NCBI GenBank assembly: GCA_965287045.1
Contig: OZ336872.1
Location: forward strand, 98,270,001 to 98,334,000
DNA: 64,000 bases
Direction: 5' to 3'
Source of the DNA: Carcharhinus amblyrhynchos
Taxonomy: Eukaryota
Each line of letters opens with the position of its first letter. The stretch's first letter is position 1. This document shows, one piece after another, positions 61,750 to 64,000 of this stretch. Both the position numbers and the translations under genes were made by a program. Below the pieces are notes generated by a model. The model was not told the origin of the DNA. It did not search any database and worked only from the letters and a program-made list of their open reading frames with translations.

Positions 61750-62110
61750 CCAAGACAGAAGTTTGTAGGTTCGAGCCCCAGTTGTGATACTTGAGCACAT
61801 AATCCTAACGGACACTTTATTAAGGAAACTTTGCAATATGAGATGTTATCTGTTACATGAGATGCCATGCTGACATCCTGTGTGCACCCACAGGTGTACC
61901 TAACAAATCCCATAACATCTTTCCAAACAGAGCAAGGACTTTTTTTCTCCAGATTATCCCTCAGCCAACATCTCTTGAAACAGATTTTGTTGTCATCTAG
62001 TTTCTGGTATTTTCCTCTACATAAATTGGTTGCTGTGTTTCCTGTATTGGAACAGCAACCCAAATATTTCACATAATTGGTTCTAAAGGGATTTAGAAAT
62101 ATAAATGAAA
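61750..62110 (+). mobile_element. Old DeuSINE-like (SacSINE1-type) element
   Basis: tRNA B-box 'ggttcgagccc', Deu-like 'aatcccataacatc...gagcaagg', L2-like end. Confidence 0.55.
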
Positions 62111-63237
62111 GTACTTTAGCTTTTGTTTCAAAGGAGTTTCTTGGGTTATGATTTGGAAGGCCTCCAAATGCACCTCTGGGACATCTATTTTGTTTCGATT
62201 GCCTCCCAAGACAAAAAGATGTCTAGTATAGAAATAAACATGTACTATATTCCTGAACCAAGAAACCCATGTTATAAGACTGACAGAAAATGCTGGAGAA
62301 ATTCAGCAGTTTCAGCATTTTTTATGGGTGTGTTTCGAAAGTGAGTCAGATTTGGAAATCATGCTTTGGTCCATAGATATGGTATGCAGTGATTGTGAAT
62401 TTTGTAAACGTTGCAATTTATGAAGGACTTGGTAAACGTTGGTGCAAATTTGTTAACCCAACCATGGAGCTATTTTAACAATCAATGGCAGAGTCGGGAG
62501 TGATGAATATACCATATGACCATATCAGCTTGGGTGCATCTTCTATACCTAATTGTTCCTTATTCCCTTTATCCCCTTTTACACTGAGGTTTTTTGGTTT
62601 TACGTACTTTATTTTCTCTGTGTGGCTGACTAAGGAGTTTAGAATTAGTGCCCACATAATTGTCCTGAAAAGGGCATCATAATATCTGGTTTTCCGAAGG
62701 CTTCTCATGAGTAACAACATTAGCACTTGTGTATCTCAGAAATTTAGAAAAAGACAAAAACCAGGAGGATACACTTGTTTTTTGTTACCTGGTGGAAAAG
62801 CCTCCAGCCTGTTTAAAGGAATAGCTTTAGAGTTCCAGAAGTTAAATGGTGTCGTTTCTGAAGCTTAGTATGACACAGCCATATTTATAGCATTGTTGAC
62901 ACTCAGTGGTAATGCACGTTACCCCAGAATCTGTGAAACCTAGGCTGTACTCTATGTTGAGTGGAAGATGCAAATCAGTCTGAATGAAAAAGACATTTGA
63001 GTGGAGATCTTTCAGCCTTTTTGAATCTCTTTGCCCAAGTGTTATTTGTTCCCAAAATTCCATATTTGCAATGTTAATTGTGGAAACTGCTTATGGCACC
63101 TACTTCTGCTTAATTTAATCTGCAGTTTTCTGTGGGATTAATTATTTTGACTTTTCTTTCCAATCTACACATGGCTGTTGAAAGAAATGGTTAGCGTTTA
63201 TAATGTAATTATTTTTCTTTTCATCATTTTCCCTCAG

Positions 63238-63338
63238 GTTGGGATGGTGGTAGTGTGTGGGACTTGCCAGTTGATTCTCCAGTTCCAGGTGCTTCTGTTG
63301 ATCAAATCCAGCAGATGGAGAGAGGAAAAGCTGCCAAG
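63238..63338 (+). CDS. GIGYF2: GIGYF2 exon (GWDGGSVWDLP...ERGKAAK); gene continues beyond the window
   Basis: Strong pyrimidine tract CCCTCAG|, donor AAG|GTAATA, 101 nt, phase 1/0. Confidence 0.93.
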
Positions 63339-64000
63339 GTAATAAAAAGCCAAATTTGCACAGAATCTTTTTGGATATCACTTGATAACAAGTTAGTAAT
63401 CTGGAATTAACTTCTTTAACTGTAAAGTCCGCACTTAGTTGTCGCTGGGACTGAGCATAAAGCTGGTGGAGCAGCCAGAACAACCCCTTTGATTTCAATT
63501 TTGTACCACTGGGAAAAGAGTTTGACTTCTGTATATTTGCATTTTATGCTACAGAGTATTATGGTAGTATGGCACAAAGGTATTTTAATTCTTAAACATA
63601 AGCAGCAGGTCTCAACCAAAGCTGTCCACTTATCCTTCCATGATGTTCAGTGGAAATTTCATATAACTGAATTACATACAACATTTCTGGATAATATTTA
63701 AATCGATGTGGGCACAGAGGCCCAATTTGAGCAATGATATTCGCTACCTATCTCAAAAGAAAGCTGACTACAGACCTTTCCCAATGTTAATTTGAACCTG
63801 GTTAAAAAGTCAAGGGATCGCAAATCACCAATCTCCAGTGATATCATTAAGCAGAGTAAGCAACCAGTCACTAGTTTCAGTAAGTAAAATGAATTGATTA
63901 TACTTAATTTATAAACTTTACAGAGGATGAAGTAAAGATTGGGATAAATGCATTAGTTGAAATATCATAAACTTTTTTTAAAAAATGAATAAACTATGGA

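Overview
AT-rich vertebrate genomic DNA. The SINE/LINE repertoire points to an elasmobranch (shark); this is inferred, not confirmed. The window covers the middle of a GIGYF2 gene on the + strand: 11 phase-consistent coding exons from 20704 to 63338, including the DDX6-binding motif, the GYF domain and a polyQ tract. A complete KCNJ13/Kir7.1 potassium channel gene (364 aa, two coding exons) is nested antisense in the long first intron of the window. The introns are filled with tRNA-derived SINEs, CR1, L2 and Rex1 LINE fragments, a decayed Gypsy element, Penelope-type palindromic elements and a 1.26-kb 19-bp minisatellite. Most notable observations: (1) a tandemly duplicated candidate promoter/first-exon module for KCNJ13; (2) a ~630-bp fold-back palindrome just upstream of it; (3) a minimal hammerhead ribozyme core in a small TSD-flanked palindromic element, sense to the GIGYF2 pre-mRNA; (4) a candidate 84-nt in-frame cassette exon; (5) a GC-AG intron and an apparently lost (AC) splice acceptor in GIGYF2. 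No database searches were run. Comparisons with human proteins and repeat families come from memory and need checking, and repeat boundaries are approximate.
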